Assembly (NCBI GenBank): GCA_050250895.1
Contig: JBFWNU010000001.1
Span: forward strand, 3,172,891 to 3,236,890
DNA length: 64,000 nucleotides
Source of the DNA: Vulcanimicrobiota bacterium
Lineage (GTDB): Bacteria; Vulcanimicrobiota; Xenobia; Xenobiales; JADMJV01
Direction: 5' to 3'
Below the pieces are notes generated by a model. It searched no databases and was not told the origin of the DNA. It saw only the letters and a list, made by a program, of their open reading frames with translations. Positions 28,396 to 38,158 of the stretch are shown here, in pieces; the stretch's first letter is position 1; each line of letters begins with the position of its first letter. The position numbers and the translations under genes were made by a program.

Positions 28396-29412
28396 TCAGG
28401 CGCGAAGGTAACCCAGTTCCTCGGCTTTGGCCTGTTGCTCTGGGGTGTCGAACAGTTCGGCACTCTCGCCCAGAGGCTTGTCGGTGAGGAAGTTGGCCAT
28501 CGTTTCGACCACCTTGGCGCTGTTTTGGATCTTGCCGTGGCTTTTGAACCAGATGTGGCGGGCGTCGGCACCGGGTAGCTCGGCGGAGCGGCGAGCTACC
28601 ACCGAGTCCCCTTTGATCGTGACTCCCAGGCCGCCCGTGGCGGTAGGATAGCCGTTGCCGGTAAACATCAAGAATTGAGCCCGCTCGCGCTGCAGGCCCC
28701 AGTTCTGGTTCAGGGCGTGCAGTTCGGGGTTGGCGGGAGTTCCGTCTTTGTCCACCGTGTCGAGAGTGAGCCAGTGAAGGGTGCGGCGCACCTCGGGATC
28801 GTCGGTGGGGGGCGAGATGGGAAAACCGAATTTCTCCCGGAAGACCAACTCGAGGTTGGCCAGATACGAGCCGTGGTTAGGCGTGCCCATCTGTACCACG
28901 TGGGCTACCTTCTCGTCGGGGTCCTGCAGATAGTAGCGGGCGTCGAGCCCGCCCAAGCTGTGCACCACCAGATCGACTTCGCTGGCGCCGGTGGCTGCGC
29001 AAACGGCTTCCACGGCGGCTTTGAGCTCGTCTTTGTTGGTCTCGACGCTATTGAACGAGCGCGAGAAGGCTAGCGCGAACATATTCGAGGTGGGGTCGAG
29101 GTTCTCGAACTTTCCGGCCTCGACCACTCCGCCCCAACGATTCTCCCCGGTGGAAGCCAGCCATTCGCCGACCTTGTCCCAGCGATGAGGGTTGCCGTTG
29201 AATCCGTGCACGAACACGATGGGGCGCTTCAGCTGCGGGGGCGGGTCTTTGGGCAGGTCGAACGGTTCGGGATCGGGGTCCACGAACTGTGACGGGAAAA
29301 GGGCCACCTGAGCCGGGGTGAAAGTATCCTGGGCCTCGGCCGGTGCCATGGGGGCCGGGGCCGAACTCGCTTGATGGACTCTTTTGATCGGTTGGAACGG
29401 GGTGATTCTCAA
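28396..29412 (-). CDS. Lipase/esterase (PGAP1/EstA-like alpha/beta hydrolase), no Sec signal
   Basis: PIVFVHGFNG, VHSLGG, GTPNHGS, GDSVV and SH. Confidence 0.85.
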   Translation of the reverse strand: MRITPFQPIKRVHQASSAPAPMAPAEAQDTFTPAQVALFPSQFVDPDPEPFDLPKDPPPQLKRPIVFVHGFNGNPHRWDKVGEWLASTGENRWGGVVEAGKFENLDPTSNMFALAFSRSFNSVETNKDELKAAVEAVCAATGASEVDLVVHSLGGLDARYYLQDPDEKVAHVVQMGTPNHGSYLANLELVFREKFGFPISPPTDDPEVRRTLHWLTLDTVDKDGTPANPELHALNQNWGLQRERAQFLMFTGNGYPTATGGLGVTIKGDSVVARRSAELPGADARHIWFKSHGKIQNSAKVVETMANFLTDKPLGESAELFDTPEQQAKAEELGYLRA

Positions 29413-29568
29413 GGCGAGACTCCTTCGGCCCGATCATGGCCTGGGGTCGCGGTCGAGGTACGAAACGTTTTGTTAAAATCCGGACGGGCCAGACGCCGGA
29501 CCAAGAGCAACAAGTCGGCAACATTTCAGAGAAACGGGCGGGGTAGGCTGCCATAGAGGAGAGACCCA

Positions 29569-30348
29569 ATGCAGCTGTCATCCATACGTGCGTTACCCAA
29601 CTTGCCGCCGGCCCGGGCCACGCGGAGCGCGGCTCCTGAGGCCGTCGAGCCCCAGAGTGCCGACACGGTCCAGATTGGCACTCTCGAAGAGGCGGCCCGT
29701 TTGCCCGTGCTCGATCCGGCTTTCCAAATGGGTCTGGCCGTGGGGGTGCTCTCGTCCTTGATGGGCGGCCCGCGCGAGGTCCCTCCCAAAGTGCAGCTTG
29801 ATGTCGCTTCTCATCAGGGTGATGTGGCCGTGAGCGCCCACTACAATCTGGATCTCTCGGCGGCCACGCCGCTGACCGGGTCGGGTCAGATCGGCGACCA
29901 GACCTTCACCGAGACGGGACGCCTGCAGGACGGCAAGATCCTTTTCGAGGGCCAGGTGGGCCAGGCTCAAGAAGCCCTCGAGATCGAGATCGGTGAAGAC
30001 GAGCGCTCGTTCCATATCAGCGGCAACGCCGGGGCTCTACCAGTCGACCTCGACGTGCAGACCATCCGCAATGGCGAAGGCGCTTTCACTGGCATTTCGA
30101 CGGTCGGCCTGGTGGGTGGCCAACGCTATATGGTCGACGCTCTGATCGACTTGCCCGGTTCGGTCATCGCCGGGGAAAACTCGGGAGCCATGACCGTTCG
30201 CGGCCATATGAACGGCGAGCTGGTGCACAAGAACTACCGCGTTTCGGTGCGCTCGAACGAGGACGGTCTGCTGGTCCAGGCCGACGGCCAGGGTCTTAAC
30301 GCCGGGGTTTTCCAGGCAGTGGACGTCCGCCTGCGCGTCTCGGCCTAG
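29569..30348 (+). CDS. Hypothetical beta-rich protein with one hydrophobic helix
   Basis: GAGGAG RBS; Pro/Ala-rich N-terminus; alternating beta-strand pattern. Confidence 0.75.
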   Translation: MQLSSIRALPNLPPARATRSAAPEAVEPQSADTVQIGTLEEAARLPVLDPAFQMGLAVGVLSSLMGGPREVPPKVQLDVASHQGDVAVSAHYNLDLSAATPLTGSGQIGDQTFTETGRLQDGKILFEGQVGQAQEALEIEIGEDERSFHISGNAGALPVDLDVQTIRNGEGAFTGISTVGLVGGQRYMVDALIDLPGSVIAGENSGAMTVRGHMNGELVHKNYRVSVRSNEDGLLVQADGQGLNAGVFQAVDVRLRVSA

Positions 30349-30400
30349 CTCGTTCTTCTGCTCGACAGGCACTAGCGACTCCTCGGAGAAAAATCGAGTT

Positions 30401-31168
30401 ATGGGTCGACCGTTGATTATCGGTCATCGTGGCTCGGCAGATGCACCCGAGAACACTATGGTTGGTTTCCGCGAGAGCCTGCGCCAGGGGGCGCAGATGC
30501 TCGAACTCGACGTGCGCCTATCGCGCGACGGAATTCCCTTCGTCATGCACGACAGCACCCTTAAGCGAGCCACCGGGGGCAAACCTGGCACGGTCAGCGC
30601 GCGAACTTCTCGCCACATTCAGAGTCTGCAGCTCGACGAGGGGGTGACCATTCCCACCCTCGAAGAGGTCCTGCTCGAGCTGTGCCCGCAGATTCCCATC
30701 AACGTCGAGATGAAATTCAACCGTCCCGAGCTACGGCCGCTCGCGCAGGGGGTGGCCCAAGTGATCACCAGGCTCGGTTTTACCCGCCATGTGCTGGTGT
30801 CGTCGTTTTTTCACCAGTCTCTGCAGATGCTCAAGAAGGTCGCCCCGGACATCATCACGGCCCCGCTCTTTGGCACGCCGACCGGGCCGCTCCACGACGA
30901 TGACCTCGACGAAGTTTTGTCGGGTCCGTTGCGAGAAGGCCCCATCGCCCCCGGAGAATTGCCTTTCCGAGGACGGGTGGCGGTGCTGTTACATTCGACC
31001 GTGACTCCGGCCATCGCCGAGAGATTTCGCCAGGCCCAGGGCACGCTGCTGGTCTACACCGTGGATGCACCGGCTGACCTGGCCCGCATGGTGGCCCTCG
31101 GGGTCGATGGCATCATCACCAACCGGCCGGCCCTGGCCTTTCGGGTGCTCGAAACACTAGACACCTAG
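30401..31168 (+). CDS. Glycerophosphodiester phosphodiesterase
   Basis: IIGHRG, PENT, ELDVRL, MHD, NVEMK and GVDGIITN. Confidence 0.92.
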   Translation: MGRPLIIGHRGSADAPENTMVGFRESLRQGAQMLELDVRLSRDGIPFVMHDSTLKRATGGKPGTVSARTSRHIQSLQLDEGVTIPTLEEVLLELCPQIPINVEMKFNRPELRPLAQGVAQVITRLGFTRHVLVSSFFHQSLQMLKKVAPDIITAPLFGTPTGPLHDDDLDEVLSGPLREGPIAPGELPFRGRVAVLLHSTVTPAIAERFRQAQGTLLVYTVDAPADLARMVALGVDGIITNRPALAFRVLETLDT

Positions 31169-32139
31169 CGGGGGCGCAGGGGCAAGATGCAGTGGAGCTC
31201 CTGAAAGGCTGGTCGGACCGGGGCCCAGCGGGTCGAGTCGGCGCTGTAGTAGAGGTGGCCCGCGGCCGTGCCGGCATAGAAGAGATGGTCACCCGCCGCC
31301 ATGCTCACGATCGGCGCCTGGGCTGCCGCCGGCAAGGAGGCCGAGGCCAGTTCCCAGTTGTGGCCGCCGTTCTTAGAGCTGAAGACCGTGCCCCCCTGGT
31401 GGTTCGGCTTGTTCACCCCGAGCAAGATGTGGTCGGGATTGTCGGGGTCCACACACAAGGCCTGAGCGTCGAGCCAGGGCAGGCCGTTTACATAGTTTTG
31501 CCACGACTCGCCCAGGTCGTCGGAACGATAGAAACCGAGGATGGTCGAGGCATAGAGTCGCCCGGCCGCCCCCCGCGGACAGTGCAGCTTCTTGACCTGG
31601 CGGGGCAGCCCCGCGCCCCGGTCCACCCAGGTCTGGCCCCGGTCAAGACTGGCGACCACCCCGCCTACCTCGACGCTGGCGAAAAGCACATCGGCGTTGC
31701 TCGGGTGGAAGAACAGACTGGTGACCCGCGGCATGTAGGGTGGCTGAGGAAAGGTCCAGTTGTCGGCGCTCTTCACTTTGTTGAAGCTCGCCATCTTGCT
31801 CCAGTGGAGGCCGTTGTCAGAGCTAACGAAGACCGCGGCCGGAGCGGTGCCGGCATACACCGTGGACGGGTCGGACGGCGAATGGGCCAGCGAATAGACG
31901 CTGGTGTTGGTCAGACCTTCGAAACGTGGGTGCCAGGTCTCCCAGTCCTTAGAGCACTGGACCATTCCGTCGACCAGGCCGACGAAGATCGTGCCATCCG
32001 CTTGTTGACCTATGCTTGCGATCTTGTGGCCGTAGAGGCCGTGGGAAATCAGCTCCCACGGCTCGCCCTCCCGGGAGGAGCGCAGCACGACGACCCCGTT
32101 CGAGGTGCCTACACAGACGATGGGTTTCGATTCTGACAT
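31165..32139 (-). CDS. BNR/Asp-box beta-propeller protein
   Basis: Repeated SxDxGxxW motifs. Confidence 0.82.
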   Translation of the reverse strand: MSESKPIVCVGTSNGVVVLRSSREGEPWELISHGLYGHKIASIGQQADGTIFVGLVDGMVQCSKDWETWHPRFEGLTNTSVYSLAHSPSDPSTVYAGTAPAAVFVSSDNGLHWSKMASFNKVKSADNWTFPQPPYMPRVTSLFFHPSNADVLFASVEVGGVVASLDRGQTWVDRGAGLPRQVKKLHCPRGAAGRLYASTILGFYRSDDLGESWQNYVNGLPWLDAQALCVDPDNPDHILLGVNKPNHQGGTVFSSKNGGHNWELASASLPAAAQAPIVSMAAGDHLFYAGTAAGHLYYSADSTRWAPVRPAFQELHCILPLRPR

Positions 32140-32251
32140 CAGCGTAGGTTTGTCGACTGATGGGGCTCCTCCTGGTTGGGTCGAAAATCCGAGGCAAAGG
32201 AGAATCGACCACGACCCAGAAGGCAGGCCCGCCATTTAGAGGAGGAACGCT

Positions 32252-33331
32252 GTGAAACGACTTGCCTGGTTATTGCTTTTGACGCTGGTCGGTCTGGCTG
32301 TGCTGGGCGGCTGCCGCAAGAGTGGGGATGGAAAACCGGAGAATAAGGTCGTCGTCTACACACCTTTCCCCGAGATCACCGCCAAGGAACTCAAGGACGC
32401 CTTCGAAGCCAAGACCGGCATCGAGGTGGTCCAGGTGCTGGAAGGCACCACTAAGGTCTTCGGACGCCTGCGGGCCGAAAAGAGCCGTCCCAAAGCCGAT
32501 GTCTGGTATGGCGGCGGTGGGATGATTCCTTTCATCACGGCGGCCGACGAAGGACTGCTCGAACCCTACAAGCCCAAAGGTTGGGAAGACATGCCCGAGA
32601 CGCGGGGCAACCTGATCTTGCGCGACCCCGAGTTTCGCTGGGTGGGCATGTCGGTGATCGCTCTGGGTTACGCCTATAACCCCCAGGTCACCAAAGAGGA
32701 AGAGCTACCCAAGACCTGGGACGAGCTGGCCGATCCGAAGTGGAAGGGCAAGATCGAAATGTGGGACCCGGGCACCAGCGGCACGGCGATGCTGTTTCTC
32801 GATGCCGCCCTCCTGCGTCACATCAACTCGGGAGCCGGCGAGGAGGCGGGCTGGGAATACCTCACCGCCTATTGGAAGAACCTCAAGCCTTACACGGTCG
32901 AGGGCAAGCCGGCCTTCAACGTGGCTCGGGGCGAAACCGCCATCGGCCTACACTTCGAGCATCAGGTGCTGGAGTTTTTCGAAGAGCAATCGGGTGGCCA
33001 GGTCTCGGGCGCCAGCGACAACATCAAATGGACTCTACCCAAGGATAGCCCGGTGGTGGTCGACCCCATTGCCCTGGTGAAAGGCGGTCCTAACTCAGAG
33101 AACGGCAAGAAGTTCATCGACTTCGTGATGAGCCCCGAGGGCCAGCAGATCGTCAACAAGTTCTTCTTCCCCATCGACAAGAATCTGCCGCCGCCGCCCA
33201 AGCTCGAGGGCTGGACCATCGACCGCCTCGAGGAGCACGCTCAGAAGCTCGATCCCAAGTGGATGGCCGAGAACTATGACCGCATTCGCAAGAAGTGGCA
33301 GAACGAAGTCGAGACCGTTCCCCAGAACTGA
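32252..33331 (+). CDS. ABC transporter substrate-binding lipoprotein (AfuA/FbpA-like)
   Basis: LGGC lipobox, PKADVWYGG, PKTWDEL and DPGTSGT. Confidence 0.88.
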   Translation: MKRLAWLLLLTLVGLAVLGGCRKSGDGKPENKVVVYTPFPEITAKELKDAFEAKTGIEVVQVLEGTTKVFGRLRAEKSRPKADVWYGGGGMIPFITAADEGLLEPYKPKGWEDMPETRGNLILRDPEFRWVGMSVIALGYAYNPQVTKEEELPKTWDELADPKWKGKIEMWDPGTSGTAMLFLDAALLRHINSGAGEEAGWEYLTAYWKNLKPYTVEGKPAFNVARGETAIGLHFEHQVLEFFEEQSGGQVSGASDNIKWTLPKDSPVVVDPIALVKGGPNSENGKKFIDFVMSPEGQQIVNKFFFPIDKNLPPPPKLEGWTIDRLEEHAQKLDPKWMAENYDRIRKKWQNEVETVPQN

Positions 33332-34422
33332 TGAGTAGCGTCGTCCTTCGCCAGCTGGTCAAGAGCTTCGGCAGCAATCTGGCTGTCGATCATATCGATC
33401 TCGACATCGGTCAGGGGGAGCTGTTCTCGTTGTTAGGCTCGAGCGGCTGTGGCAAGACCACCACCCTGCGTTGCGTGGCCGGGCTCGAACTGCCCACTTC
33501 GGGCGAGATTCTCTTCGGAGAAGAGAACGTGGCCCAGGTGCCTCCCTATGACCGTGACTGTGGTATGGTCTTTCAGAACTACGCCCTCTTTCCTCACATG
33601 AGCATCGCCGATAACGTGGCCTATGGCCTGATGGCCCGGCGTTTTCGAGGGAGTGGCCTGGGCGGTCGCATCAGCGCTTTGCTGCGGACCGTCTTTTCGG
33701 CCATTCCTGACGAGGAGAAAAAGCAGGTCCACGAGGCCCTCGACATGGTCGAACTCAAGGGCTATGAAGACCGTCGCCCCACTCAGCTCTCGGGCGGACA
33801 ACAACAGCGCGTGGCCCTGGCTCGGGCCCTGGTGACGCGTCCCCGCGTCCTGCTGTTCGATGAGCCGCTCGGCGCGCTTGACGCCAAGCTCAGAGTGAAG
33901 ATGCGCGAAGAGATTCGGCGCATCCAAAAGCGGGCCGGCATCACCACTCTTTACGTGACCCACGACCAGGAGGAGGCCCTGGCCATCTCCGACCGCATCG
34001 CTGTCATGAACAAGGGCAAGGTGGTCCAGATGGGCAGTCCTGAGGACCTTTACCTGCGGCCGCGTTCGCGCTTTCTGGCCGATTTTATCGGCCTCACCAA
34101 CATCTTCGAGTCGGAGAAGGCGGAAGGGGGAGTGCGCATCAAGTCGGGGCCCTTGCTCAAGACCTCGGCCAAGGCCGAGAGCGCGCCGGCCGTGGCCGTG
34201 CGCCCCGAGGCCATCCGCTTTGGCGACCAGGGCGACAACGTGCTGGAAGGCACCGTCAATCTGAAGATGTTCATGGGGACGACCGTCAAGTATGTGGTCT
34301 CGGTTGGCGGCCAGGACTTCGTGGCCGCCATTCCTCAGGCCGAGGCCGATTCGGGAGTGGCCAGTGGCGACACGGTCAAGTTGAGCTTTCCGGCTGAGGA
34401 CGTGCTGGTGCTGGCCGAATGA
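33331..34422 (+). CDS. ABC transporter ATP-binding protein (FbpC/PotA-like, TOBE domain)
   Basis: GSSGCGKT, LSGGQQQR, LLFDEP and VTHDQEEA. Confidence 0.93.
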   Translation: MSSVVLRQLVKSFGSNLAVDHIDLDIGQGELFSLLGSSGCGKTTTLRCVAGLELPTSGEILFGEENVAQVPPYDRDCGMVFQNYALFPHMSIADNVAYGLMARRFRGSGLGGRISALLRTVFSAIPDEEKKQVHEALDMVELKGYEDRRPTQLSGGQQQRVALARALVTRPRVLLFDEPLGALDAKLRVKMREEIRRIQKRAGITTLYVTHDQEEALAISDRIAVMNKGKVVQMGSPEDLYLRPRSRFLADFIGLTNIFESEKAEGGVRIKSGPLLKTSAKAESAPAVAVRPEAIRFGDQGDNVLEGTVNLKMFMGTTVKYVVSVGGQDFVAAIPQAEADSGVASGDTVKLSFPAEDVLVLAE

Positions 34423-36350
34423 GGAAGCTGCTTTATGCAGTGGTGGGGGTCTTTCTTCTTCTTTTCATGGTCTTGCCCATCACCAGTCTGTTGCTGGCGG
34501 GCTTCACCGGCATCCCGATTCCCATCGTAGGCTTTCTGGCCGACGGCGATCCCGGGGGGCTCGTCTCGGCCATCTCGGATTCGGCCAGCTGGCAGTTCTA
34601 TCGCGAGTTCTGGGAGACACCTCGCTATCGTCAGGGTCTATTCAACTCGGTGGGGCTGGTGCCGATGGTGGCAGTGGCCGCCTTTCTCTTTGGCCTGGGC
34701 GTGCGCAAAGCCCTGGGAGCCCACCACCCCGTGGCCCGCCTGGCCGGGCTGCCTCTGACGGCCGCGCTCAGTTTGGGCACCATCGCCTGGGCTATCGGTT
34801 GGCCCAGTCTGTTTCCCAATTCGTCGCTAGGGCCGATTCTGGCCGGCGCTCCCGAGTGGAAGCTGCGCCTGCTGCAGAGTCTCGGTTACTGTCCCATGGT
34901 GACCCTTTGCTCGACAGCCATCGGCGTGGCGGTGGCCTTTGCCTTGCGCCGCACCAACATGCCGGCCCGCGAGTTCTTCCGCATGCTGAGCATCCTGCCG
35001 CTGTCGATGCCGCCGTTCCTGGGCGCTCTGGCCTTTCGGAACCTGATGGGAAACACGGGTCTGCTCACCAATCTGCTGCACTCGGTGGGCCTGTCCCACC
35101 CCTTCTCGGCCCAGTCGCCGGTGTCGGCGGGCATCGTCCAGTCGTTTCTGTTTTTCCCCTTCGTGGTCTTGACCACGGTGGCGGCCCTGGACCGCTCGGA
35201 TCCCACCCTGGGTGAGGCGGCCGAGGTGATGGGAGCCCGCAAGGGCTTCGCCTTCTGGACCGTCCATCTGCCGGTGCTGATGCCGGGCATCTCGGCCGGA
35301 GCCTTCCTCATCTTCATTCGCAGCTTCGGCGATTTCGCCACCCTCAAGCTGCTGCTGCCGATCCAGTACTCCATGATCGTGGTCGAGGCCTATCGCGATC
35401 TCTCCGGCAACACCTATTGGGGTGGCGCCAGCATGCTCAGCTCGATCATGATCGCTGTGATTTTGACCATTCTGGCCCTGCAGAAGTACTTCGTCGAGCG
35501 CGGGACCTACGAGACCGTGACGGGCAAAGCCGGCGGCTCGAGCCAGCTCAAGTCGCGGCCGCTGGTCGACGGGCTGGCGCTGCTGTTTTGCCTGGCCGTG
35601 TTCGCCGTGCCCATCCTGTTCTTGTTTTCGACCGCGCTCTCGTCAGTGGCTCAGAATTGGGGCACCGAACTGTTGCCGCCCTCCTACACCTTCAGTCGCT
35701 ATAGCCGCATCTTTGGCGAGCTTTTCGGCGAAGACAGCTCCCCTTTGTTGAACTCGTTCTTGCTCACCCTGCCAGCTCTCGTGGGCACGGTGGTGATGGC
35801 CTTCATCGTGGCCTATCTCATCTCGCGCACCAAGCATTGGACCGGCCAGGCCCTCGACTTCGCCACCATGCTGCCCTTCGTGGTTCCGGGCGTGGCCTTT
35901 GCGGTGGCGCTGATCGGCGCCTTCAACGCCCCGCCCATGGAGCTTCACTTCACGGCCACGCTGGTGGTGCTGGCCTATGTGGTCACCCGCGTGCCCTACG
36001 GCGTGCGCTCGACGCTGGCCTCGTTCCAGCAGATCGGCACGTCCATGGAAGAGTCGTCGAAGACCATGGGCGGCACCGACATCTTGACGCTCTTCAAAGT
36101 GACCGTGCCGCTGGTGTTGCCGGGGGTGCTGGCCGGCGCCATTATGGTCTTCATTTCGTGTATGCAGGATGTGGCCATCACCCTGATGATCTCGCCTCCC
36201 GACTGGTATCCCGCTTCGGTGTTCGTCTTCCACGAGATCGAGGCGGGCCGCATGTTCGACGCCTCGGCCTACGGCATCGTACTGCTGTTTTTGATCATGA
36301 TCCCCTACGCCATCGCCTTCAAGCTGGGCGGCGTCCGCAGCGACCTTTAA
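34419..36350 (+). CDS. ABC transporter permease (fused double TMD, FbpB-like)
   Basis: Two EAA-like loops (EAAEVMGA, EESSKTMGG), many TMs. Confidence 0.9.
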   Translation: MRKLLYAVVGVFLLLFMVLPITSLLLAGFTGIPIPIVGFLADGDPGGLVSAISDSASWQFYREFWETPRYRQGLFNSVGLVPMVAVAAFLFGLGVRKALGAHHPVARLAGLPLTAALSLGTIAWAIGWPSLFPNSSLGPILAGAPEWKLRLLQSLGYCPMVTLCSTAIGVAVAFALRRTNMPAREFFRMLSILPLSMPPFLGALAFRNLMGNTGLLTNLLHSVGLSHPFSAQSPVSAGIVQSFLFFPFVVLTTVAALDRSDPTLGEAAEVMGARKGFAFWTVHLPVLMPGISAGAFLIFIRSFGDFATLKLLLPIQYSMIVVEAYRDLSGNTYWGGASMLSSIMIAVILTILALQKYFVERGTYETVTGKAGGSSQLKSRPLVDGLALLFCLAVFAVPILFLFSTALSSVAQNWGTELLPPSYTFSRYSRIFGELFGEDSSPLLNSFLLTLPALVGTVVMAFIVAYLISRTKHWTGQALDFATMLPFVVPGVAFAVALIGAFNAPPMELHFTATLVVLAYVVTRVPYGVRSTLASFQQIGTSMEESSKTMGGTDILTLFKVTVPLVLPGVLAGAIMVFISCMQDVAITLMISPPDWYPASVFVFHEIEAGRMFDASAYGIVLLFLIMIPYAIAFKLGGVRSDL

Positions 36351-36457
36351 CCAAGCAAGACGCGGCCGACGCGTTTGACGTGCCGGAAATGGTCGTCAAA
36401 GGTTAGAATCACTGAATGGGTGGCTGCCGCGCAGGCGGCGATCACCGTCTGATTGAG
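36347..36457 (-). pseudogene. C-terminal remnant of a VapC/PIN toxin
   Basis: LNQTVIAACAAATHSVILTFDDHFRHV resembles the PIN C-terminal motif; no N-terminal half or start. Confidence 0.5.
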
Positions 36458-36535
36458 AGACTGATGGCGACGGCTGGATTTCCGACTCACCTGGCTTCGA
36501 GAGGGCTCCCAAGCCGTCCGAAGAATCCCATCCAT

Positions 36536-36886
36536 ATGGGCGAAGAGCGAAAGAAGCGGCGCGAGTTTCTGGCTGACCTGTTGTTCGTGGGCGGGGCCCT
36601 GACGGTGGGCACCTTTTTCACCGAGATGAACGAAGAGGCTCAGGGAGCCTATGACGGCTGGGTGTTTCCTGAAGAGATCGACAAGAAGCTCAAGGCGACT
36701 CCTCAGCCAGGGCAGCCCCGGCCCCAGCCTCGTCCTCGTCCCCGGCCCCAACCGAGGCCGCAGCCCACCCCGCGGGTCGACGGCGGGGTGAGCGTTCCCG
36801 AACCGCCCCTCGACGGCAAGGTCTGTCCCCCTCAGCCTAAATTGCAGGGCGACTACGTTCAGCCCAAGAGCGACAAGAGATCGTAG
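36536..36886 (+). CDS. Small Tat-signal protein with Pro-Arg/Gln repeat
   Basis: KRREFLADLLFVGGAL twin-arginine motif; PRPQPRPRPRPQPRPQP tract. Confidence 0.7.
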   Translation: MGEERKKRREFLADLLFVGGALTVGTFFTEMNEEAQGAYDGWVFPEEIDKKLKATPQPGQPRPQPRPRPRPQPRPQPTPRVDGGVSVPEPPLDGKVCPPQPKLQGDYVQPKSDKRS

Positions 36887-37022
36887 TTGGATAGGCGGCT
36901 GGGGTAGGCGCGGCTGATGGGTAGCGAGGTCAGCCAGTGCAGCGGCGGGGCCCAGGGTGCTCGCGCGTCTCGGCCGACGGGCCGGACCGACCGAGCTGGG
37001 GACTGGCTGGGGCAGGGCAGCT

Positions 37023-38123
37023 CTAGAGCCGGCCCAGCCCCTGGGTGAGCAGGTCGGCGTAGCTGGGGCCTTTGGCCGCTTCGGCATCGGCGATGGCCAG
37101 ATGCTCGGCGGCTTTGTCCCAGCCGGTGGCCCGGGCCAGCTCGACCTCGGGGCCGAAGAGGGTGGCCTCCGGGTCGCGGGCCTGGGGCAGGTAGAGGCTG
37201 ACGCCGGTGGCCGTATCGCCGGGCTTGGCCCGGAACTCGGGCACCATCTGGTCGACCGCCAGCGAAAGGCCGCGACCGAGCTGCTCGAAGCCGGGCACCT
37301 GTCCGAGGTGCCGGGCGAAGTCGCCCAGGTCGATGCGCGGACCGGGATATTCCAGGTAACCCATCAAGATGTTGCCCTGGGCCTGCACCGCCCGCCGGCT
37401 GGCCAGGCTAGCCTGGCGAATCTGGTCAAGCGTCTCGGGGGTTGCCTCGAGGATGGCCTGGGAGAGGCGCGAGAGCGGCGCGCGCAAGCGTGCGGCGGCG
37501 CTCGTGTCAAGGGCGGCCAGGGTGCGAAAGCTCGAAGTCATGTCGGGGTGCTGGCTGTGCACCAGCCGTTGGGCCAGCTCGGCTCCGTCGCGGGACTGGG
37601 CGGCCGTCTGGGCCAGCAAGGTGAGGGGGCAGCCCGAGCGCACCACATCTTCGGAGGCCAGCACCAGGCCGGCCCGGCCTTCGAGCTGAGCGGCCACCTC
37701 GGCGCTGCCCATCAGGCAGGCATCGAAAAAGACGGTGTCCACTCGGCCGGGAAAGCCGGCTTGCAGTTCAGCCAAATCAAGGCGGTCGGCGTGGGGCGTG
37801 TCGATGGCGACGCCCGCGTGACCCTCGCCGTGAGAGCTGATCACCACCAGGTAGTGCTCGGCCGGGTAGTTCTTCATGCCCTCGGCCAGAAACTCGCGCA
37901 GGCTGCTGGCTCGTCCGCTATTGAGCTGGGAGCGGGTGTGGCTGGGGCCGCCCACTACGAAGTCCTTGACCTGGTGGTTATCGAACTGGCGCACCACCAC
38001 CTCGACCCCGTCGAGCGGGCCCTGCTCGACCAGCTCGTCCAGCCGGCGCTCGATATGACTGCTGAGGTCGTTGGCTCCGGCGGCGTAGATCAAGACGGTC
38101 CATTGGCGCGGTTTTACCTGCAT
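37023..38123 (-). CDS. Clostripain-related cysteine peptidase (C11), no signal peptide
   Basis: WTVLIY..ANDL, YPAEHYLVVISSHG, FDACLMG and GVSLYLP. Confidence 0.85.
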   Translation of the reverse strand: MQVKPRQWTVLIYAAGANDLSSHIERRLDELVEQGPLDGVEVVVRQFDNHQVKDFVVGGPSHTRSQLNSGRASSLREFLAEGMKNYPAEHYLVVISSHGEGHAGVAIDTPHADRLDLAELQAGFPGRVDTVFFDACLMGSAEVAAQLEGRAGLVLASEDVVRSGCPLTLLAQTAAQSRDGAELAQRLVHSQHPDMTSSFRTLAALDTSAAARLRAPLSRLSQAILEATPETLDQIRQASLASRRAVQAQGNILMGYLEYPGPRIDLGDFARHLGQVPGFEQLGRGLSLAVDQMVPEFRAKPGDTATGVSLYLPQARDPEATLFGPEVELARATGWDKAAEHLAIADAEAAKGPSYADLLTQGLGRL

Positions 38124-38158
38124 ACAACAGAGCTTGCCCTGGCTCTGTCACACCGGCG

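Noticed and set aside
16644-29534. Shared 12-mer atttcagagaaa upstream of the PLD gene and the 29569 gene as a regulon motif
   Set aside because: Only two copies, at different distances from the start; not found before the other candidate effectors, so it could be chance.
29413-29568. sigma28 (TAAA-N15-GCCGATAA) promoters before the candidate exported proteins
   Set aside because: No convincing match by eye here or upstream of genes A, B', PLD or 27239.
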